Assembly (NCBI GenBank): GCA_043228905.1
Contig: JBHGNT010000005.1
Coordinates: forward strand, 11,160,001-11,224,000
DNA length: 64,000 nucleotides
From: Azolla caroliniana
Lineage: Eukaryota > Plantae > Polypodiophyta
Direction of reading: 5' to 3'
The translations under genes were made by a program, and so were the position numbers. The notes under the pieces are model-generated. The model was not told the origin of the DNA and ran no database searches. It worked only from the letters and a program-made list of their open reading frames with translations. Shown here piece by piece: positions 1 through 12,555 of this stretch (position 1 is its first letter; the number at the start of each line of letters is the position of its first letter).

Positions 1-97
1 CTCTCTCTCCTTGATCTTGCTCTATCATGCTAACTTGGTGACATTCTAAGCATAGATGTTGTTCTTGTTTCCGCACCGACGGTATCAGATTCTAACA
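1..97 (+). repeat. 3' part of an LTR (family A), followed by partial Met PBS TGGTATCA at 100-107
   Basis: Ends ...TCTAACA; nearly the same sequence recurs at 8781-8838 plus 9381-9425. Confidence 0.65.
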
Positions 98-107
98 TCT
101 GGTATCA

Positions 108-1560
108 CCGAACAACCAATGTGCTCTTCCGTGCAAATGGGTCTATCGACTCAAAGAGACGTCAGATTCTACATGTCCCAAGTATAAGGCCAAATTAGTC
201 ACGAAGGGTTTCCGACTGCAATATGGCATTGACTTCGAGGAGGTTTTTTCACCAGCGGTGAAAATGACCATTTCTACTCAGCGTAGCGGCACCTGAGGAC
301 TTGGAGCTTATATAGTTAGATGTGAAGAAAACCTTCCTCCATGTCGACGTAGAGGATGAAATTTACATAGAGCAACTGAAAGGCTTCGTTGCAGTTGGCC
401 AAGAGCATCTAGTCTGTCGACTCAAGAAGAGTCTTTATGGCCTAAAGCAGGCACCCCGATAGTGTTATAAGAAGTTCAATGATTTTATCAAATCGGTCGG
501 CTTCTCAAAAAGAGATGAAGACCACTACCTTTTCAGAAAAAAAAATCAAGTTGGGTCTCCCATCATTCTCAACTTATACGTGGATGACATGCTACTCTCT
601 GGCTGCCATGCATGAGAGCTTGTCGATCTTGTTCGGTAACAATGGTTGAAGTTCACCATGAAGGACCTAGGTCTTGCCCAACACATTCTTGGAATGAAAA
701 TTAGTCGACTCCAAAATCAACGACAATTGTTTTTGTCTCAAGTCAAGTACATCAAACGTGTCCTAGAGTGCTTCAACATGCATTCGGCCTAATTTTCTTC
801 GACCCCGCTCCCCATTAATCTTCAGCTATCTCAGCGAGACTACCCTACATCTAGTCTAGAGGGGGAAGATATGAAGCCAGTATTGTATGCACCGGCATTT
901 GGCTCCTTGATGTATGCGATGGTCGCAACACTACATGACATTGCTCACACCGTAGGAGTTGTCAACAAATTCATACACAACCCAGGTGGATCGCATTGGA
1001 CCGTAGTCAAGCATGTATTCAAGTATTTGGTGGGCACACAAGACCTTGGCATCCTCTTCGCTCCAAACAAGAACCCAAGTGTAGTCAGTTACACCGACTC
1101 GAACTTTGCCGGTTGTATGGACAGTCAAAAGTCAACAACCGGATATTGCACTTCAAATTCGCCAATGGAGCAATTTCATGGAAATCGAAACTTCAGGAGT
1201 GCATGACTACTTCAACGACCGAGACTGAGTATGTAGCCACGTCCGTCCCATGTGGCAAAACAGGCTCTAGGGCTTAGTCGGATGGCATGTACATTTCAAC
1301 AAGCCGACCTGAATCCGGCTCCCGTTGTTTAACAATGATAGTCAGGGTGTTGTTGCTTTGTCAAAAAACCTGGTTCATCAAAACACCTCTAAACATATCA
1401 ACGTTCGGTATCACTTTGTTTGGGACTGTGTGACTTCAGGAAAGCTCTACTTCGAGAAGATCTCCACAACCAACAACATTTTAGACGAGATGACCAAGTG
1501 TCTCATAGTTGACCGATTCTGGTCACTTCGGCACTAGATGGGATTAAGGAGTAGTAACTC
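108..1560 (+). pseudogene. Degenerate Ty1/copia RT-RNase H
   Basis: KSLYGLKQAP and LYVDDML in raw frames; ORFs 871-1537 give GSLMYAMV, SWKSKLQ, SKHINVRYHFV; many stops and frameshifts. Confidence 0.9.
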
Positions 1561-1624
1561 TGATTGAGTCGAACAACAGAGATAGCTTTGAGCACTCGAA
1601 CCTGCCGATTCAACCTCTATTCCT

Positions 1625-1745
1625 CTCGACTATGAAGTATGAGGAGGGTGCTTTATATATAGTCACCCTCTCTCTTCACTATCTAACTACAACAACCACT
1701 CTCTCTTGAGGAATGTGAAGACTCATAGTCATGGGGAATATGAGT
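1625..1745 (-). repeat. Fragment of family C copia LTR
   Basis: Matches ~3165-3280 (TATGAAGTATGAGGAGGGTG...GTCATGGGGAATATG). Confidence 0.75.
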
Positions 1746-1899
1746 TGACTCGTACTTTAATCCTCATCAATGAGCCCCTACACTAACTCCCAAAATATAT
1801 TCCTTCGCGGAATATCTACCCAACCGCCTCCTGGTTTACGAACCAATGTTAAGCTTGTATCTCAACAAACTCCAACCTGGAGTTGAACACTATTTAGTA

Positions 1900-2967
1900 G
1901 AGGGATATGTTTGTGATGGATTATACCCTCAAGATCAAGGACTTGTGTGGTCACTTGGCTCCATCAATATTACAGTCGACGACGACGAGATGATGCAAAT
2001 TTTCCTTAGCAATCTCACACATAAGTATGGTGCATTTAGAACCACCATAAGAACAATGTAGATCCCCTCAAGCCTTTAATAATTGGAGATGGTTGTAGAG
2101 AACCATATGAGGTCTAAAAGTGCAACATGTAATGGCAAATCACTTATACATAGGAAGATGTTGCCAGGGTCACAATCTTGGAAATCTGGGGAGGAATGGC
2201 TGGGGAAGAGGTGGACAACATCTAGAATAGTTTGATTTTTGGTAGTAAGAAGATGGAAGCATCCGAGTGGGTAGCCATTCAAGGGTGAGCTTCTATCAAT
2301 CCACATCCACCCCATAAAATCCACAAATTGAGTGTTGATATTGTGGAAAGTCTACCCACTTCGAAGTAGAGTGTTAGAACAAGAAGAATGACTCAACAAC
2401 CTTGCCCTAATAACAAATGAACTATGCTAAAACGTCTGGTTGAGATATAAAAGACCAAATGTTTGTCCTATGACACTAGGTGAATTGCATAAAGAGCACT
2501 TCCAACCTAATCATGTTTGGTTGATTGACTTACAAGCCCCAAATCACATGATGAGCCATTAGGAATGGTTTACAATATAAGGGAACTGAGAGACTAGACA
2601 TGGTGTTGATTGGTGATTATTCCACACACATGATTGAGCACATTGGGGATTTTCTTCTTTACCAATGAAGACAAGAAGAGCTATATCAAGGATGTACTAC
2701 ATGTCCTGAGAATCACAAAGGATTTGTTCTCAGTTGGCCAAATTGTTGACCAAGGAAAGCAAGTATGATTCAACCAGGGATGTTGCTTTATTGAGGATAA
2801 CCGCTTGTCTTATTGCTTATGTGAGAAGAGAAGATCACATGTTTATCTTCAATGCAACCAAAGTAAACACCACGATGTACGCAAAGGAACTAGGCCAAGT
2901 CTAATATTGAGTTGCGGCACAAGAGAGTTAGTTGGCCATATAAACCTCGATAATCTCTGATTGATAT
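1900..2967 (+). pseudogene. Old Ty1/copia gag-protease remnant; apparently continues at 9660-10860
   Basis: NITVDDDEMMQIFLSNL resembles the gag of the element at 7200-7637; protease and pre-integrase traces (LxHKR..GHIN) lie just before 2968. Confidence 0.7.
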
Positions 2968-3427
2968 TGTAAAGAATCGGGTATGATTCTTGTGCAACGG
3001 AAGAGATATGTGTTATGTGTATGTGTGAGAGGAAATAGAGGAGAGAAGAGAAAACACAAGATAGATAGATAGGAACACAATGAAGTACTCAAGAAGAAGA
3101 TGTATATTCACAAGTAGAATAAGAGATACAAAAATGTAGCATTACAAGGAGTCACAACCGACTTAGTATGAAGTATGAGGAGGGTGTTTTATATATAGAC
3201 AACCTCTCTCTTCATTAACTAACTACAACAACCACTCTCTCTTGGGGAATGTGAAGACTTATAGTCATGGGGAATATGTAACTCATTAGTTATGTGTCAT
3301 AGAATATGATTCTATGACACATAGTTAATGTGTAGAGAGTAGTGGTGTGACTCTTGACCTTTGAGTAATCATAGACTCTCAAAAGGTGTGTTCACACGTT
3401 GCACTATGTTGAGCTTGATTCTCAACG
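2968..3427 (-). repeat. 3' LTR of family C copia
   Basis: TGTAAAG...CTCAAC(G); highly similar to 7872-8332. Confidence 0.92.
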
Positions 3428-6400
3428 TGCCCCCTTAAGCTCAACTTGAGTTGGTTCCTTTTGATTGATGTCCGCTTCGGTTGGTATCCGGTTCAGATTG
3501 TCTCTGGTGTCCGCTTTGGCTCGTACCCGGTTTGGATGATATCCTGTTTTCGCTTTTACTCCCCCTCAAGCTTGGCAAGTTAGGGATCGTCAATCTAAGG
3601 TCTGACATGAATTGCCGAAGCTTGTCGGCTCCTAGGGCCTTGGTAAAGATATTGGTTGTTTGAAGATTCGTGTTGATGTGTAGAAGATCGACATCTCCGG
3701 CCTGAACACACTATCGAATGAAATGGTAGTGCACTTCGATATGCTTTGTGCGTGCATGTAACACTAGGTTCTGAGCCAGATATATACTGCTCAGGTTGTT
3801 GGAGTAAATGGGAGTCGGATCCTTGATGGGAATGCCCAAATCCTTCAAACTTTTCTTGAGCCATATGGCTTCACATGCACCCCTGTATTCGGCATTCGTA
3901 CTCAAAAGTGCAATGGTAGGATGCCTCTTACTACTCCAAGATATTGCTCCACTACTGAGCGAGAAGACAAATCTGGAGGTTGATCGTCGATCAGCTCTGT
4001 AGACAGCCCAGTCGGCATCCGTGTACCCTTCGAGTCGAATTAGTGTGGCCGATGCGTAGAGGATGCCATAATCCGTTGTGCTGCTCACATATCATAATAC
4101 TCGCTTAGCGCAATCAAAATGGATCTCGGGGAGTTTGCATGAATTGGCTAAGAAGGCCGACCAAATAGTTGAGGTCAAGTCAAGTGATCGTGAGATAGAT
4201 GAGACTCCCGATCAATTGTCGGTATTGAGTTGGCTCGCACTCGTCTGTGCCGGAGTCGGCATCTAGTTTGAGGTTTCAATCGAGAGGGGTTGCCACAGAT
4301 CTAAACTCAGTCATGCCGAACTTGTATATAAAGTTGAGAATGTAGTGTCGTTGAGAGATCATAATGCCAGTCATAATCCAAATTACTTCGATGCCTAGGA
4401 AGTAATGAAGTTCCTTCATGTCCGTGATCTCGAATTTGTTGGAGAGGAGGGATTTCACCTTGTTGATTTCGACTAAACTTTCTCCTCGAATGACCAGATC
4501 ATCCACGTATAGGATGATGACAATCAAGCTTCTAGAGTCATTTCGTACGTAGAGGGGGTTGTCGGATTTTGACATTCGGAAGCCGATTTGATGAAGATAT
4601 TGCGTAATCTTCGAATGCCAAGCACGCGGTGTTTGCTTGAGGCCTTAGAGAGGCTTCTTGAGTTGGCATACGACTTTCGGATGAATGTTGGATTCGAAAC
4701 CGGGCGGTTGTACCATGTACACCTCTTCTAATTCGCCTTCAAGAAAGGCGTTCTTGATGTCCATTTGGTGGAGGTGCCACCCTTTCGTCGTTGCGAGTGT
4801 GATCATGGTCCGCACAGTTGTCATCTTTGCCATGGGGGAAAAGGTCACTTCATAGTCGACTCTATGCGTCTTTGTGTATCCTTTTGTTAGGAGTCGAGAT
4901 TTGTAGCGGTTTAAGGAGCTGTTGAAGTTATACTTCACCTTGTAGATTCCTCTGCAATCGATCACCTTCTTGTGCAGTGAGTGGGGGACAAGATCCCATG
5001 TCTTGTTTTTGAGTGTGCTTGCATCTCTTCATTCATCGCTTCAACCCATCTCGGTCCTTGGCGGCTTCGGAAAAGGTTTCCGGCTCCCTTATTGTTGTCA
5101 CCTTCATCATAAAGGCGTAATGGTATGCCATATACTCATCATAGCCGAACCAGCTTACAGGGTTCTTTTCAGGGGTGGATTGGCGGAGCTTCTCCATTGT
5201 GGATACTAAGGCTTTCTTCGCTCCATTTGTCCAGATGTCAAGGCCTTTGAACTCGCAATTGAGGGAGTGAGTCGACTCGTTGCCGTCAAAGGGATCGTCT
5301 TCATACTCCGGCATTTTCGCCTTCGCTTTGTCTAGCTTCGGACTCGGCCGAGAATTGATTGCTCGAAGGCTCTTGTGGCCCACTAAGCCTTGTCGTAATT
5401 GGGCTTTCTTCAAACATGTGTGTGAGCCGATCTCCAGTTTCTATCTCTATCTCGGCGGATTCCGAATCGAGCGGAATCGGAGTCGAAGTTGTCTCTGGTG
5501 CGTACCAAGATGCGGATGCGTCGAAAACGTCATCTCTACTTACTCGAGATTTTCGAGTTGAGGGGTTATTATAGCACTTGTAACCCTTTTGCTCTAGTGA
5601 GCCGACATCACGTACACAATGGAGCCGAATATCCGATCATGTGATAGGTCCGGCTTCTTTCCGAAAAACTTCTCATGCAAAGTAAGTTCGTGTACACCCG
5701 ATGTCATACACGATTCATGAGGTATACGGCCGTGTTAGCCGCTTCTGCCCCGTACTACTTCGGCAAGTGCTTTTCATTCATCATGGCCCGTGCTACTTTG
5801 AGGATGTGCCGATTCTTTCGGTCGGCTACTCTATTTTGTTGTGGCATATGTCGACACGAAAACTTTTGCCAAATTCCTTTTTTCCGTAGAAAAGCTGAAA
5901 ATTCATCAGAGAAGTACTCCTTGCCTCCATCCGACTGAAGACATCGTACATGTCGGCCTGTGGCTTTCTCGACTTCATTCTTCAATTTTTGGAAGTGTAT
6001 GAATACTTCGCTCTTTTGCCGCATGGGGTAGATCCAGGTGTGCTTGGAGAACTCGTCAATGAAGGCCACGTAGTATCGGCATCTGCAAAATGTAGCAGTT
6101 TAGGCCAGATCCTATACATCAGAATGAATTACGTCGACTATGCATTTGCTCACGTTCCGCTCCTTCAAAAATGGGTGCCGGTATTGCTTGCCGAATTGGA
6201 AAGCGTCACACATGCCTTCAATCTCTTTCTCCTTCAATGTTGGGAGCCCGATGACGACTCCTTTCGATTTCATTGCCTTGAGCTTTTGGAGGTTGATATG
6301 GCCAATCTACTTGTGCCATAACTCTATGTCGGAATTGGATTTCGTGCCCTTTACGAACATGGCCAATTCATCTCGTGTGAGTCCAGAATGAACATTCGGC

Positions 6401-7871
6401 CCTCTCTTCGTCCGCGAGCGATGAGTCGGCCCTCTTTTTTGATGAAGCAACCACCTTGATTAAATCGTACTTGCATCCCTTGCTCAACAATTTGGCCGAC
6501 GGAGACCAAAATCTTCGTAATGGTTGGTACATGCAAGACATTCTTGGTAAAAGTTTGGTTACCTTCTTTGCCGAATGGGACATTGCCGATGTGTCGAATC
6601 GGATGCGTAGTGTCGTCTCCGGTTTCGACATAGCCGGGTTAGTCTGGCTCTCAAAGTTCTCAGAACCATTCTTGATGAGACGTCATATGGTTCGAGGCAC
6701 TGGAGTCGACAAACCATACGTCTTTCGGACTAGATGCACTATTCGAAGTAGAAGCCAACATAGAATTTGCTCTATGTCTCATCACGAACATTCCGCCACA
6801 ATCATCATAGTCGGAGTTGGTGGCATAATTGGTGAGTTGTTGGCTAGTGGAAGCCGACTCGCGTATCTTCTTACAACACTCTTCTTCGTGGTGACCGATT
6901 TTTCTGCAATATCCATATCCAACTGAGTTTTGTCGGCTCCAATTGGAATGGAAGCTCCCCCTTCTTCCGAAGGTTTCTCGATGGCTTCTGTCTTGATGCC
7001 GAAATTGCGAGTTGTTTTCTTAAGTTGGGCCTCGTCCGCCTCATCCTTGGCCGAATCGGCCTCTTCTTGCACGGCCGCGTCCTCTTCCTCCATCCAAGTG
7101 TGAGTAAAGCATGTGTCCTTCCGAGGCATTGCTCCTTGTTCGAACATGGTTTTCTTTGACCAACAACATGGATTGAATATCGAAGGAGGGAGGATTCTCT
7201 CATGCTAATACGGCGGTCCTCATCGCACCAAACTTTGGTGCAAGGCCGCTAAGGCATATTTCCACCATCTCATCATCGTCCACATTGACGATTATCGAGC
7301 CGAGTGAGTCGCAAAGCTCATTGATCTTCAAGGTGTAGCTCGTGATGGACATATCCCTTTGTTGGATGTTGTTCAACTCTTGGCAGAGTTGAAGCTTTCT
7401 CATGGTTGTGTTGGCAGCGAAAATCTTTCGTTGATTCTGACACGCTTCCTTTGGCATCTCGATTTCTCGAATGTAGTAGCCGAGCATGTCGTCGTGAACA
7501 CATGTCGCCAAGCAATATATCACTCGGCTTGCCTCTTGCTCCCATGTTGCGTAGTCGGCGTCTTTCGAGTCGGGGTGTTTTTCTTGTGCTCCTTTGATGT
7601 AACCCCAATAGCCTTGACCGACAAGGTATTGGTGCATCTTGTACTCCTAAGATGCAAAATTGTTTCGATCTAGCTTCTCACTAGCAAGAGAGCTCCCCAT
7701 TTGAGTATTCATTGTCAATGAATATTTCTTCCTTCTTTTCTTTTCCTTCTCTCTCGAATAAGAGCTATGTAGTCACACTACGATAGCGATGGACCGGTTC
7801 TTCTTGAACGTCGACATAGAACACAACACATGCGGATGGCTAGATCAAGCTACCAAACCGCTCTGATACCA

Positions 7872-8602
7872 TGTAAAGAATCAGGTATGATTCTTGTGCA
7901 GCGGAAGAGATATGTGTTATGTGTATGTGTAAGAGGAAATAGAGGAGAGAAGAGAAAACACAAGATAGATAGATAAGAACACAATTAAGTACAGTTCAAG
8001 AAGAAGATGTATTCACAAATAGAATAAGAGATACAAAAATGTAGCATTACAAGGATTCACAACCGACTTAGTATGAAGTATGAGGAGGGTGCTTTAAATA
8101 TAATCACCCTCTCTCTTCATTAACTAACTACAACAACCACTCTCTCTTGGGGAATGTGAAGACCCATAGTCATGGGGAATATGTAACTCATTAGTTATGT
8201 GTCATAGAATATGATTCTATGACACATAGTTAATGTGTAGAGAGTAGTGGTGTGACTCTTGACCTTTGAGTAATCATAGATTCTCAAAAGGTGTGTCCAC
8301 ACGTTGCAATATGTTGAGCTTGATTCTCAACATGTGTCATAGAATATGATTCTATGACACATAGTTAATGTGTAGAGAGTACTGGTGTGACTCTTGACCT
8401 TTGAGTAATCATAGATTCTCAAAAGGTGTGTCCACACGTTGCAATATGTTGAGCTTGATTCTCAACATGTGTCATAGAATATGATTCTATGACACATAGT
8501 TAATGTGTAGAGAGTACTGGTGTGACTCTTGACCTTTGAGTAATCATAGATTCTCAAAAGGTGTTTTCACACATTGCACTATGTTGAGCTTGATTCTCAA
8601 CA
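7872..8602 (-). repeat. 5' LTR of family C copia with its terminal 135 bp triplicated (8198-8332, 8333-8467, 8468-8602)
   Basis: CTCAACA ends recur at 8332, 8467 and 8602; each unit starts with the hairpin TGTGTCATAGAAT-ATG-ATTCTATGACACA. Confidence 0.92.
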
Positions 8603-8759
8603 CGAGGTTTAAGACAATTCTGTAAATATCTTGAAGGACGGTTGCCCTAGCCTAGTTAGTATATAACTGGCTTTGTAACCTGGCCCGAAGGGGTTATTGC
8701 CTTCATTGATTGTAACTTTGAGTTCAAATAATACAGTTACATATTGGGTGCTATTATCG

Positions 8760-8790
<31 letters not shown>

Positions 8791-9425
8791 CTTGATCTTG
8801 CTCTAATATGCTAACTTGAAGATATTCTAAGCATAAATGGTTGGGAAACAGGTCCCTCTTGATGGGATCCGGATGAGAACCGGACGAGCCAGATCGGATG
8901 AGACGAAGGAAGGAACCGGATCAGATGGATGCGGAAGGACTCTAGCCGGATCCGGTATGCACCAACAAATAGGAACATATTAGTAAATATGTTCAGATGT
9001 GACCGTTGAGGTCATATTTGTAAATGGTTCGAAAGTTATATAAGTATAAATATAACTAGGGCAACACTATTATTGTATATAGATTATCATTATAATCCTT
9101 GTTGTATAGAGAGAGAGAGAGAGAGAGAGCCTTTTTCTATTGTAACCGCATGTTGGCGAAGATAGAAAGCTCAAGGTCTTTGCCTCTGAGTCTCATTCTG
9201 GTGTACCCCTCCTCTATAGTGATTCTGTTCGGAGTCCGAGAACTCTCGTGGTTTACCCGGATTAGGGTTTCCACGTTAATATCCTATGTTGACCCATTTT
9301 GTGTGTGTGTTAATCTTATTTCTATTCTGATTCTTCCACTGTGATTAAGACTTGGTTTTGGCCGAGCACTATTTGTAACATAGATGGTGTTCTTGTTTCC
9401 GCACTAACGTTCTCAAACTCCAACA
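8603..9425 (+). repeat. Family A LTR fragment interrupted by a solo LTR
   Basis: 8781-8838 plus 9381-9425 rejoin to match 1-97. Confidence 0.7.
8839..9380 (+). repeat. Solo LTR (family B, TGTTGGGAAAC...AACA type)
   Basis: Start matches 19766 and 48735 LTR starts (first base mutated); ends TGTAACA; TSD TAAAT/TAGAT. Confidence 0.8.
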
Positions 9426-9659
9426 CCTAGCGGCCTATTACCGATTGGGAATCGGAGAAGAAGATAGCGGACTCCGGGTCGACCTACAGAAATCGATTGG
9501 AAGATACAAGGACCCATCCAGCCAGAATTTTGTTCTGATTCTTCCATTGTGATTAAGGGTTGTGGCCGAGCACTATTTGTAACATAGATGTTGTTCTTGT
9601 TTCCGCACTGACGTTCTCAAACTCCAACACCTAGCGACCTATCGGTTTCCATCTAAACC

Positions 9660-10860
9660 GACTAGGCAATTCGTCCAACGAACGAATTTGGGTCATGGCT
9701 GAATATACTTGATGAAGACAAGCTCAACACGGGCCAAATTGGCTGAAGAAGTGAGGCCTTATCTCAGTTTCTAAAGTTATGTGAAAATTTAGATGAATAG
9801 CAAGATTCAATACTTATGGTTCGATACTAACCAAGAATACTTCTCAACTGAGTTCACAACCTATATAGAAGAGAAGGGGATTCATTATGAATTTATTTGT
9901 TGGTACACACCATAATAGAATAATGTTGTGGAGGAAGAATCACATGATTCATTAGATGTCATGCACCATGCTGCAAGAGAAGAACATGCTAAGAATATAT
10001 TGGGAAAGGCATCAAACACGGTGGTGTATTTCATCAATCAATGCATGATCAAGGCTTTCCATGGTGTGAGTCGTGACCTCTCGTTAGAAGTATTTCGGGA
10101 GAATGTTGATCCTTTTGCACGTGAAGGTTTTTTGTAGCATCACATAAGTAACAAAACCCTATGAGAAAAGGAGAAACTTCAATTCAAAGGGAAAGAATAT
10201 GATCCTTGTTAATACTCCTTAGAGGAAAAAGGGTATAACTAGTGTTTTAACCCTACTACTCAATAGTCATGAATAATCTTAGATATTATATTAGGGGCAG
10301 AGACCCAACCAAGTTTCCACACTAACTCTGAGTAATTGGAACTTAGGTATCATCAAGAAATCAACGTACTTGTTGGAATGAAGAAACCTCTAATGCAAGT
10401 ACTTTGATTGAATACAATGCTAAGAGCGCAACCTCAAATTAGTCACCTTGGTCATTCAACAACAAGTATGGTGTTGCCCTCGATGTGGCTAATGAAAAAT
10501 GCTTTTAATCGATATAACAAAATCATCATATAAGGTTTAGGTACAATGAGTATATGGCACATCACTCACATGGAAGCTACCTGATGTTTTGTATAAGGTA
10601 CATACCAAGAATTCAAGACTTACATGGAAGTTGTCCAATGTCCCCGGCCGATAAAGGAAATGAGGGAGAAGATGTTAAGATTATTCGACAAGAATACTTG
10701 AGATTTAGTCCCAAACATTGAACCGAAAAATTTGTTTTTCGGGTGCTCAAGATCCAAGACAATGCAGACGACATGACCAAACAATTTTAGGTTCGACTAG
10801 TTGTCTAGGGGTATGCACAAACACACGACATAGACTTTAGGAAACATTTGACTTGGTGGA
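9660..10860 (+). pseudogene. Highly degenerate copia integrase and RT start
   Basis: KIQYLWFDTNQEYFSTEF-like integrase stretch; RLVV.GYAQTH.IDF-like RT start near 10790-10850. Confidence 0.7.
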
Positions 10861-10865
10861 ATAAT

Positions 10866-12230
10866 TGTTGGATAAACATGTAAGCACATATTAGGATTTT
10901 ACTCTATAGACCTATTATATCCAAGACTTTGATCATATGACTAAGATATATTGAATCCTTATCTTAAGTAGCTCATAAATTATTCAGGTACTAGAGAAGT
11001 TTACAAATGCCATGCCATTTGTCATGCGTGCACTGAATAGACAATAAATATTATATAAATACCTTACATTGAAAAGGTGAAGTATTAAGTGAGAGATAGC
11101 ATAATAATATTATATTTGACAATTAATATGAAGCACACTTTATCGATTCAATGTTAAGGTCATCTTCTCTATTCTCTTTCTCTATCTATATACCGTTTTA
11201 TTTAAGTGTAAGTAATGTTTATTCAGAAGAATTGATCATAGATTGATCAATGATGACAATGGAAGAAAAGGAATGAAGAATTGATGATTTCTTTATTCTT
11301 TCATGGATTACGACAAGAAAAAATCTAAGGTGAATACAAGTCATTAATATCTTATCATCAAATCATATGGTAAAATATTTCATTTAATGTTGGTCGATAT
11401 ACTATATGTTATAATATATATATATATATTGAAGGTGATAAATGTGCCTTTGAATATTGATAGTGATTGCTATATAAATAAAGAATTAGAAGATGTCAAT
11501 AAAAGTAGCAAAACTTGAGGAATTGGATAAAGATGATTATCCCTCTTGGAAATATAAAATTGAAATTTGTATGCACTCACAAGATCTTTGGGATGTTGTC
11601 GAGAAAGGTTATGAGTTGATGTAAGACAATGTTAAGGTTGAAAAAGGTGTTCCTCCAAGTGTCGAATTGATTAAATTTCTTGAACTAAAGGTATGCCTAA
11701 AGAAAAATTATGATACAATGGTAATTATTTCTAATATATTAATTTCATCTATGATTCCATATATTAAAGCAAAAGGTATGTGGGATATTCTTGCATAAAT
11801 GTTTATTGATATAACATCATAAAGGAAAATGCAACTCAAAACACAATTGCAAGTTGCAACATATAAAGATGGAAAAAGATATGACTATATTTGATTATGT
11901 CACAAAATTAAGAATATTTTTTAATGATTTGGAGGTGGTTGATTATGTCATTGACGATGATGATTGTGAAAGTGTTTGTTTAGAAGGATTACCACAAAAT
12001 TATGATGTATTTAAAACATCTTTGCATGTGCTTGGTATTCTATCATTTGATTAATTAATTCTCAAGTTATTACAAGATAACAAAATCACTTATATACGTC
12101 ACATATTTCTAATGGTTGGAGTGAAAGTACTGCATTTTACTTGGGACAAAGAAGATTGATAAGAAGAAGTATGAATTTTAATTGGTATTCATGTTGGCAA
12201 CCACAAATTGATCGAGATGCTATATTTAGC
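10866..12230 (+). pseudogene. AT-rich degenerate copia LTR and gag remnant
   Basis: TGTTGG start; YPSWKYKI..QDLWDVVE gag N-terminus near 11530-11610; ORF 11854-12054 (LEGLPQNYD) is UBN2-like gag. Confidence 0.6.
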
Positions 12231-12555
12231 AAAGGTCAAGGTGGAAGATATGGTCAAATTGGAGGATAATGAAGAAGTTTCCGAAGACTACTTCGCGTCG
12301 GAGCACATATGCCGAGTGAACGTAATCCGAGAATTCCGGGAAGAAGAATACGAGGGAGAAAGTTTGATGATCGGAAAGATGTTACAAGAGGCCGAGGACT
12401 CAACAAACGATAAAGGAAGAAGAGCCGAGATCCGAAGGAAGAAGAGGCAAGTCCAAAAGTTATTCTTGGAAAACGGATTAATATGGAGGGCGCCGAAAAG
12501 ACCGGATGGTATACCACTTCGAGTAGTCGGGACAAAAGAGCAATGAAACCGGATA

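Larger units (their letters stand above)
2968..8602 (-). mobile_element. Ty1/copia LTR retrotransposon (family C), full structure, ORFs broken
   Basis: Direct LTRs 2968-3427 and 7872-8332 (extended to 8602); Met PBS reverse complement GCTCTGATACCA 7860-7871; PPT next to 3428; gag (7200-7637), INT (5755-6069), RT (LYVDDL, 4276-4965), RNase H (ARTKHIEVHYHFIR) in copia order; no TSD seen. Confidence 0.95.

Noticed and set aside
3481-7673. Plus-strand ORFs over the copia element (likewise 30366-34259)
   Set aside because: They are antisense shadows of the retroelement polyproteins with no independent motifs.
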